Shown here piece after piece: positions 63,871-64,000 of a stretch of 64,000 bases of DNA. The notes under the pieces were generated by a model, which did not search any database, was not told the origin of the DNA, and saw nothing but the letters and a program-made list of their open reading frames with translations. Numbering within the stretch: position 1 is the stretch's first letter; every line of letters begins with the position of its first letter. The stretch covers positions 54,932,001-54,996,000 of the forward strand of contig NC_043006.1 of NCBI RefSeq assembly GCF_006345805.1, given 5' to 3'. The translations under genes and the position numbers were made by a program. This stretch comes from Octopus sinensis. Lineage: Eukaryota.

Positions 63871-64000
63871 GGCGCAGGAGTGGCTGTGTGGTAAGTAGTT
63901 TGCTTACCAACCACATGGTTCCGGGTTCAGTCCCACTGCGTGGCACCTTGGGCAAATGTCTTCTACTATAGCTTCGGGCCGACCAAAGCCTTGTGAGTGG
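63871..64000 (+). mobile_element. Major tRNA-derived SINE family, 5' part truncated by window edge
   Basis: ggcgcaggagtggctgtgtggtaagtagtttgcttaccaaccacatggttccgggttcagtcccactgcgtggcaccttgggc. Other copies approx. 1190-1330(+), 4145-4345(-), 8875-8990(+), 13060-13340(+), 29590-29740(-), 32060-32225(+), 36680-36815(-), 42100-42330(-), 44551-44972(+), 45377-45745(+), 63690-63841(-). Confidence 0.85.

Noticed and set aside
1-64000. CRISPR arrays, rRNA, snRNA or snoRNA genes
   Set aside because: No regularly spaced repeat-spacer array or recognisable structural RNA; intronic snoRNAs cannot be excluded without a covariance-model search.

Overview
AT-rich, repeat-dense eukaryotic DNA; the SINE/LINE families look like those of Octopus (inference, not a database result). 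Two spliced genes sit head-to-head. On the minus strand is an NRBP1/MADM-family pseudokinase: six coding exons at 54431-54306, 38065-37943, 29344-29243, 28031-27942, 11329-11289 and 8642-8548, all GT-AG and in frame, with the gene running off the left edge. On the plus strand is a PPM1G/PP2C-gamma phosphatase: three exons at 55075-55185, 60570-60645 and 63217-63393, running off the right edge. The start codons are about 640 bp apart across a CpG-rich putative bidirectional promoter. From memory, the same two genes are divergent neighbours on human 2p23.3, which makes this the most interesting signal. The introns hold a near-complete dead mariner (49282-50491), a hAT transposase fossil with a nested MITE, a Tc1/mariner-superfamily fragment, RTE and Penelope-like remnants, hAT and piggyBac MITEs with visible TSDs, several fold-back elements and many tRNA-derived SINE copies. 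Apart from ORFs overlapping these exons and transposon fossils, the ORF track is chance ORFs in repeats. Coordinates of old repeats are approximate.
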